DNA of 64,000 bases from an uncultured Alphaproteobacteria bacterium (GTDB lineage: Bacteria; Pseudomonadota; Alphaproteobacteria; RF32; CAG-239): contig CALXWB010000002.1 of NCBI GenBank assembly GCA_944392225.1, forward strand, positions 10,110-74,109, read 5' to 3'. The notes beneath the pieces are model-generated. The model was not told the origin of the DNA. It searched no databases and saw nothing but the letters and a program-made list of their open reading frames with translations. Below are positions 7,672 to 15,744 of the stretch, piece by piece. The translations under genes were made by a program, and so were the position numbers. The stretch's first letter is position 1. Each line of letters opens with the position of its first letter.

Positions 7672-9078
7672 ATGGATATAAAAACGGCCATAGATTTAAT
7701 AGAAAGCGGGCGCTATGCCGAGATTGATATTGAAGATTTGTGGGAGATAATCGAAATATTATCGGCATCAACGGAGCCAGCAGCCATACAAGCTTTGTTG
7801 AAGTTGCAAAACAGCCGCATTGGGCAGAGCTTGCCCCAGCTCAATCTGCAAATGCAATATATAATTGAGAAAAACAGTCTCGCTCTGGAAAAAATGGAGC
7901 AAAGCTTGAATTTATTTACATTGGATAAGCATGGAAAACCTCAACATAAGAGCCTGTGGCCCATATTTAATTTTTATGCCAATATTGAGGTTGAAAATAA
8001 GACCGAAAACGAGACGGTTAAAAAAGAGTGTTTGTTTGAGCAAGCGGTGGAAATTGCCAAATTAAACATCAAAAAAGATATGCTGCTTAACAAAAATTTT
8101 GCCAAGCAATCGGAAGAAGAACAAAAGAAAAATTATACCAGCGATTTGTTGATGTCGATGGAAGAAATGGCTTTTGTTTTGGTTTCAAACCAAATCGTAG
8201 AAAATGCCGTTGAGAAAAAGCAAGCCCCTTTGAGCAAGAAAGATAAACTAAACATTGAAAAAGAAGCGGAAACGCTTTTCCACAAAATCATAACCGGCAA
8301 GGCAAAAGGCAATGTCAAACTGAGCAACAGCAATATCATAGCCACATTTGCCGCCACAATTAACAATGCTTCAAACAAAGCAGATTTGGTTGAAAAAAAT
8401 TGCGGCTCCAAAGAGCTGATAAAACTTGTGTCGGAAACAGACGGGCTTTTTGCCGGAGAATATCCGCAAACATTCAGCCTGCTGCGACCGTTAAGCCCAT
8501 ATCAAAGTATGGCTTTTGTTGCCGGCAAAAGCGGTCGGCATTTATATGCCGCCAAGACCTTAGCGGAAAATATTCATCAAAACAATCCGGCCAAGGCACA
8601 AAAAGAGCTTTCCTTGTTTGAGTTTTTGCAGCACCAGCCGGAAAAATTAAAAATATTCAGCCAAAATATTGTTCAATCAATCAAAAAAATATATCAATTT
8701 TTGACAGATGTTTTGTCATATTCTCTTTCAAGCGAGAAGATTGCCAAAAACTTAAAACTGATGTTTTCTTTCTTTAGAAGCCGAGGAAAAAACATCAATA
8801 AAAAGATAGATAACAAAATGCGCATCATGAGTGCAGATGCCAGTAGGCTTGTTAAACTGACGGACAATGAACGTGTTATTGCCTGGAAAAACTTTCGCGA
8901 TACATATGGCCGTTCGCTGGAAAACGGCATGCTTGATCCGCAAAAAACGGAACTGACCACAGATGATGCGGAAAGCTATGTCACGGTCACAAATATAAAA
9001 ATAAAAAAGAAAAAAGTTTCTCCGCTGAAAAAAATATGGCAGGCATTCAGTTTGAAAAGAAGCGCCAAAGACAGATAA
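7672..9078 (+). CDS. Hypothetical protein (about 468 aa), no signal peptide, no recognised domain
   Basis: Track ORF 7663..9078. ATG 7672 is 10 nt after AAAGGAG (7655-7661). The protein is K/E/N-rich and helical-looking with a basic tail. Confidence 0.55.
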   Translation: MDIKTAIDLIESGRYAEIDIEDLWEIIEILSASTEPAAIQALLKLQNSRIGQSLPQLNLQMQYIIEKNSLALEKMEQSLNLFTLDKHGKPQHKSLWPIFNFYANIEVENKTENETVKKECLFEQAVEIAKLNIKKDMLLNKNFAKQSEEEQKKNYTSDLLMSMEEMAFVLVSNQIVENAVEKKQAPLSKKDKLNIEKEAETLFHKIITGKAKGNVKLSNSNIIATFAATINNASNKADLVEKNCGSKELIKLVSETDGLFAGEYPQTFSLLRPLSPYQSMAFVAGKSGRHLYAAKTLAENIHQNNPAKAQKELSLFEFLQHQPEKLKIFSQNIVQSIKKIYQFLTDVLSYSLSSEKIAKNLKLMFSFFRSRGKNINKKIDNKMRIMSADASRLVKLTDNERVIAWKNFRDTYGRSLENGMLDPQKTELTTDDAESYVTVTNIKIKKKKVSPLKKIWQAFSLKRSAKDR

Positions 9079-9113
9079 AAAAACAGCCTTCTGAAAAAGA
9101 AGGCTGTTTTTTT
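9077..9113. terminator. Bidirectional intrinsic terminator between convergent genes
   Basis: aaacagccttc (9081-9091) pairs with gaaggctgttt (9099-9109). It is flanked by an A-run and a T-run. Confidence 0.75.
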
Positions 9114-9129
9114 AGCTTTAATCGGGAGA

Positions 9130-9672
9130 TTAAAACTCAGTTTCTTGCAGTTGGAAGAAATAAGCTTGCGGGTGGTCGCAAACCGGGCATTTTTCCGGCG
9201 CTTTCGGAGATTCTACACGGTGACCGCAGTTACCACATTCCCAAATAACTTTTGTCGGGCGTTCAAAAATTTTGCCTTCGCACAAAGAATCCAAGAGAGC
9301 TTGATATCTTTCTTCGTGACCTTTTTCAATTTGACCGACGGCTTTGAAGAGGTATGCAATTTTGGTAAAGCCTTCTTCTTCAGCTTCTTTTGCCATACGA
9401 GCATACATATCTGTCCATTCATAGTTTTCACCGGCAGCAGCATCTTTGAGGTTGGTGATTGTGTCGGCAATTTCCCCGTCATGCAAGAGTTTGAACCACA
9501 ATTTAGCATGTTCTTTTTCGTTGTTTGCCGTTTGTTCGAACTTATCGGCAATAATATTGTAACCTTCTTTTTTAGCTTTAGAAGCGTAATAGGTGTATTT
9601 GTTGCGAGCCATAGATTCGCCGGCAAATGCATCCATCAAGTTTTTTTCGGTTTTAGAGCCTTTTAATTGCAT
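9130..9672 (-). CDS. rbr: Rubrerythrin
   Basis: The ferritin-like di-iron region [34 protein letters not shown]...EKEHAKLW is followed by a C-terminal rubredoxin-like CGNCGH...CPVC. Confidence 0.95.
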   Translation of the reverse strand: MQLKGSKTEKNLMDAFAGESMARNKYTYYASKAKKEGYNIIADKFEQTANNEKEHAKLWFKLLHDGEIADTITNLKDAAAGENYEWTDMYARMAKEAEEEGFTKIAYLFKAVGQIEKGHEERYQALLDSLCEGKIFERPTKVIWECGNCGHRVESPKAPEKCPVCDHPQAYFFQLQETEF

Positions 9673-9693
9673 GTAATCTCTCCAATAAATAGG

Positions 9694-10080
9694 TTAATGA
9701 AACTCTTTTTTATGACATTCGGGGCAGATTCCCTTAAATGTAATGTCATAATTTTCAATGATCAACCCGGTTTTTGACAGAACTTTATCGGCCAAATCCG
9801 GAGCAACATCATAAGGCACATCATACACCTTATTACATTTTATGCAAACAAAATGATAATGCTTAGAAAGATTGTGGTCAAAATGAATTGAACCGTCCAA
9901 ACCTTCAATTTTTTTAACCATTCCGTTTGCAGCCAACTGGTTTAAGTTGCGATAAACCGTAGCCAAACTAATGGAAGGAAGTTCTTTTTTCAAAAGCGCA
10001 TAAATATGTTCTGCCGTTGGGTGGCAGATATTTTCTTGCAAGGTTTTGAGAACCAGTTCGCGTTGTTTTGAATATTTCAT
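9694..10080 (-). CDS. Fur-family transcriptional regulator (PerR-like by context)
   Basis: It has a winged-helix region (SLATVYRNLNQLAANGMVKKI), HFDHNLSKHYHFVCIKCNKV and CPEC Zn-site pairs. It lies 21 nt upstream of rbr on the same strand. Confidence 0.85.
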   Translation of the reverse strand: MKYSKQRELVLKTLQENICHPTAEHIYALLKKELPSISLATVYRNLNQLAANGMVKKIEGLDGSIHFDHNLSKHYHFVCIKCNKVYDVPYDVAPDLADKVLSKTGLIIENYDITFKGICPECHKKEFH

Positions 10081-10095
10081 CTTTCTTCCATAAAA

Positions 10096-10110
10096 TGATA
10101 ATGATTATCA
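10096..10110. promoter_or_regulatory. Perfect 7-1-7 Fur-family operator (TGATAATGATTATCA)
   Basis: The sequence at 10096-10110 reads tgataatgattatca, an exact inverted repeat matching the TGATAATnATTATCA consensus. It lies between the Fur-family gene and the divergent flavodiiron gene. Confidence 0.75.
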
Positions 10111-10114
10111 TTAT

Positions 10115-10143
10115 TATTTAAAAGAATAAAAGAGTCTTGTCAA
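10115..10143 (-). promoter_or_regulatory. Putative sigma70-type promoter of the regulator-rbr operon
   Basis: On the minus strand: TTGACA (10143-10138), 17-nt spacer, TAAATA (10120-10115). The Fur-type box starts 5 nt downstream of the -10 element. Confidence 0.45.
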
Positions 10144-10205
10144 TAACAAAATTAGATATTATCTATATAGTAAGCGTTATAAACATTTTAAATAGGAGAA
10201 AAAAT

Positions 10206-11384
10206 ATGAACGGCGTAGAAATCAAAAAAGATATCTACTGGGTAGGCGCCAAAGACTGGAACTTGAAAGAGTTTCACGGCTATACCACACCGCGCGGCTC
10301 AACTTATAACTCATACCTCATCATGGATGAAAAAATCACCCTGATTGACGGCGTCAAACACTATATGACCGAAGAGCAATTGGCTCGTGTCAGAAGTCTG
10401 GTAGATTTCAGCAAGATTGATTATGTCATCGCCAATCATATTGAGCAAGATCACTCCGGCAGCATTCCCACTATTATGAAATTGGCTCCTCAAGCCAAAA
10501 TCGTGACCAACGCCATGGGCAAAAAGGCTTTGGAAGACCATTATGATACCACAGGCTGGGAATATGTGATTGTCAAAACCGGCGATAGCTTGAATATCGG
10601 TAAACGCAACTTGTCTTTTGTCACCACCCCGATGTTGCACTGGCCCGATTCGATGATGACTTATGATAAAGAAGATAAATTACTGTTCTCAAACGATGGT
10701 TTCGGTCAGCACTATTGCACTGATGCTTTGTTTGTCAAAGATGCCCCGTTTGACGTGATTATGCGTGAGGCTCAAAGCTATTATGCCAACATCTTGTATC
10801 CCTATGGCGCCCAAGCGGAAAAAGCCTTGAGCACTGCCGCAGATTTAAAGCTGGATATTGAGATGATTGCTCCGTCACACGGTTGCATTTGGAGCGGAGA
10901 AAAAGAAGTCAAAGCCATTTTGAGCGCTTATGACAAATGGGCATCCGGCAAAGATGAAGGCAAAGCCGTGATTGTTTATGACACCATGTGGGGCGCAACC
11001 GCCACTTTGGCCAATGCCGTCATGTCTGTTTTCCAAGATGCCGGCATTCCGGTTATCAAATATTGCTTGACCAATCATGACATCTCAGAAGTAATGGTCG
11101 ACTTTTTGGATGCCAAATACATCTGCATCGGCACCCCGACTTTGAATAATGAAATGTTCCCGAGAGTAGCTGCTTTTGTGACCTATATGAAAGGTCTGCA
11201 ACCCAAAAACAAAAAAGGTTTTGCTTTTGGCTCATATGGTTGGAAACCGGGTGTGGTCAACCAAATCCAAGCCGTATTTGAGGCTTTGGGTTGGGAAACC
11301 GTAGCGCCGTTTGAAGAAAAATATACCCCGAAATCAGACGTGGTTGAAAAAATCAAAGAACGTGTGAAAGAAATGATTAAATAA
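10206..11384 (+). CDS. Flavodiiron protein (FprA / rubredoxin:oxygen oxidoreductase family)
   Basis: Track ORF 10137..11384. ATG 10206 follows AGGAG. It has an MBL-like di-iron domain (HIEQDHSG, YNSYLI) plus a C-terminal flavodoxin-like domain (AVIVYDTMWGATATLA). Confidence 0.9.
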   Translation: MNGVEIKKDIYWVGAKDWNLKEFHGYTTPRGSTYNSYLIMDEKITLIDGVKHYMTEEQLARVRSLVDFSKIDYVIANHIEQDHSGSIPTIMKLAPQAKIVTNAMGKKALEDHYDTTGWEYVIVKTGDSLNIGKRNLSFVTTPMLHWPDSMMTYDKEDKLLFSNDGFGQHYCTDALFVKDAPFDVIMREAQSYYANILYPYGAQAEKALSTAADLKLDIEMIAPSHGCIWSGEKEVKAILSAYDKWASGKDEGKAVIVYDTMWGATATLANAVMSVFQDAGIPVIKYCLTNHDISEVMVDFLDAKYICIGTPTLNNEMFPRVAAFVTYMKGLQPKNKKGFAFGSYGWKPGVVNQIQAVFEALGWETVAPFEEKYTPKSDVVEKIKERVKEMIK

Positions 11385-11398
11385 GCAAAAAATAGAAT

Positions 11399-11437
11399 AA
11401 AAAAAACACTCTTGAAAAAATCAAGAGTGTTTTTTTT
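11399..11437. terminator. Bidirectional intrinsic terminator (flavodiiron gene / hydE)
   Basis: aacactcttga (11405-11415) pairs with tcaagagtgtt (11421-11431), with A-run and T-run flanks. Confidence 0.75.
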
Positions 11438-12476
11438 AGCATTGCTCTTTGAGCCAGTGCGGACTTTGTCCATAGCCCAAGCCAACAGTGCGGCCGAGAG
11501 ACTGAATTTTATCAATCACCTTTTGCAAAGACGCATCAGGCGTATAACCGGTTGTGGTTTTTCCCGGATAAAGCTGATAAAATTTGCGATAATCGGTGAG
11601 GGTGACATTCGGCATAATCACGTTAGCCCCGCCGTTCAGGGCTTTTGTCTGCCCGTCGGGAGCAAGCGTTTCCATGGCGGTGGTTGCCGGAATATTAATA
11701 TCGGGCAGCAAAAGGCGCGTTAGAGCCATCACTTTAAGCGAAAGATTGAGCTTTTTCCCTCCGGCATTTTTTAAGGGCGTGTCGGGGTGCGGAATAAAGG
11801 GGCCGATGCCCACCATATCGCAATCCACTTCTTTGAAAAAGAGAATATCATCAGCCAAAGAAGCAAGGCTTTGGTTGGGTAGTCCGACCAAACAGCCCGA
11901 GCCGAGTTCATAGCCCAAAGCTTTGAGGTTACGAATGCATTGAGCGCGCTCCTCCCAATTCATACCGGGGTCATTATCTGCATAAAGTTTCTTATCGGTG
12001 GTTTCAATACGAATAAGATAACGGTCGGCGCCGGCCTGTTTATAGGCGGCATATTCTTCTTTTGTTTTTTCACCGATACTTAAAGTCAAAGCCAAGCCGA
12101 GTTCTTTGATGCCACGGACAATGCGGCACATACGTTCGGTGTTAAAGTGCAAATCTTCCCCCGATTGCAAGACGACGGTGTGAAGTCCCATTTCTTTGGC
12201 ATGGGCGGCAAGAGAGATGATGTTTTCTTCATCCATTCGATAACGAGGCAAATTCTTGTTATCGCGACGCAAACCGCAGTAGAGGCAGTTGTTTTTACAA
12301 AAGTTAGAAAATTCAATCAAGCCGCGCAGATGAATTTCATCACCGACATATTCTTGGCGCACTTTGTTAGCAGCATTGAGTAAAGAATCAAGATTTGTTT
12401 CATCTTGAAGAAGCAAGATAAGCTCTTCTTTGTTGAGATTATGAGTTGTTTTTGCTTTAAGAATCAAATCGTCCAT
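11436..12476 (-). CDS. hydE: Radical-SAM [FeFe]-hydrogenase maturase HydE-like
   Basis: Track ORF 11436..12524. ATG 12476 follows AAGGAA. Motifs are IEFSNFCKNNCLYCGLRRDNKNLPRYRM (Cx3Cx2C), GADRYLIRIETT, DMVGIGPFIPHPDTPL, LPDINIPATTAM and GANVIMPN...YQLYPGK, which I recall as very close to Thermotoga HydE. Confidence 0.85.
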   Translation of the reverse strand: MDDLILKAKTTHNLNKEELILLLQDETNLDSLLNAANKVRQEYVGDEIHLRGLIEFSNFCKNNCLYCGLRRDNKNLPRYRMDEENIISLAAHAKEMGLHTVVLQSGEDLHFNTERMCRIVRGIKELGLALTLSIGEKTKEEYAAYKQAGADRYLIRIETTDKKLYADNDPGMNWEERAQCIRNLKALGYELGSGCLVGLPNQSLASLADDILFFKEVDCDMVGIGPFIPHPDTPLKNAGGKKLNLSLKVMALTRLLLPDINIPATTAMETLAPDGQTKALNGGANVIMPNVTLTDYRKFYQLYPGKTTTGYTPDASLQKVIDKIQSLGRTVGLGYGQSPHWLKEQC

Positions 12477-12639
12477 GAGCGTTTCCTTTGTTGCGAAAGT
12501 AAAATAAAAAGCATCAAAAATCAAGTTCTAAAAAAACAGCAAAAAACTTTAGCCAAGCTCTTGACAGAGGCAAGAAAAAGAGTATTGATAGCCGCTGGTA
12601 AAAATAATAACAAAAAAAGTAAGAAAGAAGAGAAAAGAA

Positions 12640-14388
12640 ATGTTGGCTTTAATAAACCGTTTTACAAGTTTTTATGGTAAAAATTTTGCTCCCAAATTGG
12701 TGGAAGTTTTAAAATCAGGTTATGGCAAACAAGAGTTCAAAAGAGATTCCGTTGCCGGTTTAACCGTCGCCATTGTTTCCATCCCGCTGGCTTTGGCATT
12801 GGCCATTGCCTCCGGCGTCACCCCGGCACAAGGGTTATACACGGCCATTGTTGCCGGATTTTTCATTGCCTTTTTGGGAGGCAGCCGTTATCAAATCGGT
12901 GGTCCGACGGGTGCTTTTGTCGTGGTCATTTTTGGCGTGATGCAACAGTTTGGCTATGCCGGTTTGGCCATGACCATGTTGGTGGCAGGCTTGGCATTGA
13001 TAATTGCCGGTTTATTGCGTTTTGGTACCTATATCAAATATATTCCCTATCCTGTGGTTTTGGGTTTTACGGCCGGTATCGGTTTATTGTTGATAACAAC
13101 GCAAATGAAAGACTTGTTAGGCTTAAAGATTGAAGATCTGCCGGCGGATTTTCTGCCCAAATGGCGTGCTTATCTGAGCAATTTGTCAACCTTCACACCA
13201 AGTTCGGTATTTATAGGTTTAGTTTCTTTTGTCATAATTTTTTACATAAGAGCCAAGTTTCCCAAATTGCCGGCATATTTGATGAGTGTTATCGGCACCA
13301 CGATTCTTGTTGGCATATTAAGTATATTCAACATTCAGGTAGTCACCATCGGCAGCCAGTTTGGCGGAATTCCGCATTTCTTGCCGATGCCGCACATTCC
13401 TGACTTTAACTTAGACTTGTTCTTAAAAGTCATACCGAGCGGTTTAACAATTGCTTTCTTGGCCGGTGTGGAATCATTGTTGAGTGCCACCGTGGTTGAT
13501 GGTATGAGCGGTGATAATCACAATTCCAATGCAGAGTTGATAGGCGAGGGTGTTGCAAACATCATTTGTTCATTTTTCACGGGCGTTCCGGCAACCGGCG
13601 CCATTGCCCGCACGGCAACCAATTTTAAGGCCAATGCTTATTCCCCGATAGCCGGCATGATGCAATCAGTCTTTTTGGTTTTGTTCATGCTGCTATTGTC
13701 ACCTTTGGCAAAATATATACCTTTGGCTTGTTTGTCTGCCATTTTGATTCTGATTGGTTGGAACATGCTTGGCTTGGAAAAAATGTATAAAGTGATATTA
13801 GGACCAAAAGGCGACAGGTATACCTTGATAATTACGGTATTATTAACTCTGTTGGTCAACTTAAACACAGCCATCAGCGTCGGCTTTATCATGTCGAGCG
13901 TCATTTTCATGCACCGTATGAGCAAAGAAATGGAAATTGAAACCGATGAAAAAGCTTTGGAATATGTGGGCGGAGGCCGCGATTTAACCGAGGTTTTGCA
14001 CAATCAAGGCGTGATATCTTTGCGTTTCTCTGGGCCGTTATTCTTTGGTGTTGCATCAGAAATTTCAAACTTTTTCAAAAAGATAGATTTGCCGCACAAA
14101 CACCCCAAAATTGTGATATTGCGTATGGGCTATGTCCCGGTTGTTGATGCAACGGGCGCCAACATCATTGTTGAGTTTGTCAAAAAACTGCAAAAGACGG
14201 ATACAAAAATCATTTTATCCAACGTCAAAAAACAACCGCGTCGTGTTTTGCACAATGCTTTCAATGAAGAAAAAATGGATATCAGTGCAATTTCCGTGGC
14301 TTCAACCTTTGAAAATGCCTTAAAAATAGCCAAACGCTATTTAAAAATGCAAAATCATGAAACAGGGGAAAAAAAGAACGCTGAATAA
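12640..14388 (+). CDS. SulP-family anion transporter with C-terminal STAS domain
   Basis: 582 aa. The N-terminal motif is DSVAGLTVAIVSIPLALALAIASG, the core is polytopic, and a STAS-like tail (VISLRFSGPLFFGVAS...VDATGANIIVEF) follows. Confidence 0.9.
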   Translation: MLALINRFTSFYGKNFAPKLVEVLKSGYGKQEFKRDSVAGLTVAIVSIPLALALAIASGVTPAQGLYTAIVAGFFIAFLGGSRYQIGGPTGAFVVVIFGVMQQFGYAGLAMTMLVAGLALIIAGLLRFGTYIKYIPYPVVLGFTAGIGLLLITTQMKDLLGLKIEDLPADFLPKWRAYLSNLSTFTPSSVFIGLVSFVIIFYIRAKFPKLPAYLMSVIGTTILVGILSIFNIQVVTIGSQFGGIPHFLPMPHIPDFNLDLFLKVIPSGLTIAFLAGVESLLSATVVDGMSGDNHNSNAELIGEGVANIICSFFTGVPATGAIARTATNFKANAYSPIAGMMQSVFLVLFMLLLSPLAKYIPLACLSAILILIGWNMLGLEKMYKVILGPKGDRYTLIITVLLTLLVNLNTAISVGFIMSSVIFMHRMSKEMEIETDEKALEYVGGGRDLTEVLHNQGVISLRFSGPLFFGVASEISNFFKKIDLPHKHPKIVILRMGYVPVVDATGANIIVEFVKKLQKTDTKIILSNVKKQPRRVLHNAFNEEKMDISAISVASTFENALKIAKRYLKMQNHETGEKKNAE

Positions 14389-14459
14389 AATCTGATTCTT
14401 TGTTGCTTTTTTTGTTTGAAAAGCAATAATAGAAAAAAAGATAAGAAAAGGGATAAAAG

Positions 14460-15005
14460 ATGATATTTGCTTTGGCTTTGATATTAGCTGTTGTCGTGAG
14501 TTTTCCTGTGTGGGCCAACCCGGCTTGTGCCGTATGCACCATAGCCGTTGGCGCCTCGTTGGAAATTGCACGCCAGTTTGGTGTGGATGACAGCGTGATC
14601 GGAGTTTGGGCCGGAGCATTTATGGCTCTTCTCGGATTCTGGCTTATCAAATGGTTTGATAAAAAAGGCTGGAATTTTAAGGGCAGAGATTTTTGGCTTG
14701 TTGCTTTGAGTGTTGCCATGATTGGTTTTATGTATATGGGACAGTTGACCTATACGCCGAAACCGATTCTCATTTTTTATCTTGACCCGTTTTTGTTCAG
14801 CACAATCTTGGGCGCATTGGTCTTCATCTGGTCGTCTGACTTTTACCAGTGGATGAAAGCAAGAAACGGTGGCCATGCGCATTTTCCGTTTGAAAAAGTT
14901 TTTGTCCCGGTTGTGGCCTTGGCACTTGTCAGCACATGGTTTTATTATAACCCGCTTTGTGCCCCGGTTACAACGCCTGATGATTTGCTGAGCTTTATGG
15001 AGTAG
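14460..15005 (+). CDS. Small polytopic membrane protein with CxxC at a helix start (uncharacterised)
   Basis: It has 4-5 hydrophobic helices, PACAVCTIAVGASL near the N-terminus and PLCAP near the C-terminus. The opposite-strand ORF 14484..15011 looks like an antisense shadow. Confidence 0.6.
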   Translation: MIFALALILAVVVSFPVWANPACAVCTIAVGASLEIARQFGVDDSVIGVWAGAFMALLGFWLIKWFDKKGWNFKGRDFWLVALSVAMIGFMYMGQLTYTPKPILIFYLDPFLFSTILGALVFIWSSDFYQWMKARNGGHAHFPFEKVFVPVVALALVSTWFYYNPLCAPVTTPDDLLSFME

Positions 15006-15010
15006 GTTCA

Positions 15011-15589
15011 ATGGACAAGGCCAAAAGTGTCAAAGAGTTTGTTGAAAGGATAGATAGCAGCAAAAAGCTCAATCCCAAAGACTTGTCTTCTGACCAAGAT
15101 TTGACCATTGCCATCATGAACCTGATATCCATTGAAGAACATTTGGTGTTTTCCGGCGCCAAAACCGGCAAAACCTCTTTTTATGATCTGATAGAAGATA
15201 TCAGAGAAAAAAGAAAAGATTTGATGCAGAAAATCATTCCTTCTTATGAAGGTGAGGTCTGGTGCATCTCCAAACATTTGCTGGCTTCGTCCATGCGCTT
15301 GATGGAAGTTGGCACCAAACAACAAAGTTTGGGCCACAAAGAACAAGCCTATGATTTGTTCAACCAAGCCTATGAGCTCTATTGTTTGTTTTGGGGCTTG
15401 AATATGAACATGTTGGATACAGCCGATGCCAAATGGGTTAAAGCAAGTGTGGCAGATGTTAAAAAACTGACCGCCAAAGTGAATGAAAATTTGTCTGCAG
15501 ACATAAAGGTTGAAGAACACAAGCCGCAAGGAGCTTTGGCAAGAATGAAAGCCTTTGTCCGAAAAGCGGTGGACTGCTGTATAGAATAA
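15011..15589 (+). CDS. Hypothetical soluble helical protein ending ...VDCCIE (uncharacterised)
   Basis: It starts 5 nt after the upstream stop. Composition is protein-like (MDKAKSVKEFVERIDSSKK...), whereas the overlapping minus ORF 15008..15529 has F/G/H/Q-rich shadow composition. Confidence 0.6.
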   Translation: MDKAKSVKEFVERIDSSKKLNPKDLSSDQDLTIAIMNLISIEEHLVFSGAKTGKTSFYDLIEDIREKRKDLMQKIIPSYEGEVWCISKHLLASSMRLMEVGTKQQSLGHKEQAYDLFNQAYELYCLFWGLNMNMLDTADAKWVKASVADVKKLTAKVNENLSADIKVEEHKPQGALARMKAFVRKAVDCCIE

Positions 15590-15611
15590 CAGCGATATAT
15601 CTGGCCAAAAT

Positions 15612-15646
15612 AAAGGGTTAAAACAAGCAGTTTTAACCCTTTATTG
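15612..15646 (+). terminator. Rho-independent terminator after the 15011..15589 gene
   Basis: aaagggttaaaa (15612-15623) pairs with ttttaacccttt (15631-15642) and continues into a T-rich run. Confidence 0.6.
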
Positions 15647-15688
15647 TATCTAGAAAACCACGCGTCTAACGCGTGGTTTTCTAGATAC
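15646..15688. repeat. Perfect 20-bp inverted repeat with a 3-nt loop
   Basis: GTATCTAGAAAACCACGCGT (15646-15665), cta, ACGCGTGGTTTTCTAGATAC (15669-15688). No canonical T-run follows on either strand. Confidence 0.9.
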
Positions 15689-15718
15689 AAAAAAAAAGCA
15701 CCCAAAAGGAAAGGGCGC
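15689..15718 (-). terminator. Rho-independent terminator of ppiD
   Basis: The minus strand reads GCGCCC-loop-GGGTGC followed by TTTTTTTTT (A-run 15689-15697 on +). Confidence 0.55.
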
Positions 15719-15744
15719 TTTTTGCATAAATATTAAGGAGCAGA

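Noticed and set aside
12405-12680. 91-aa plus-strand ORF spanning the hydE/SulP divergent region.
   Set aside because: It overlaps the hydE 5' end and the SulP start, is highly K-rich because of an A-tract, and has no RBS.
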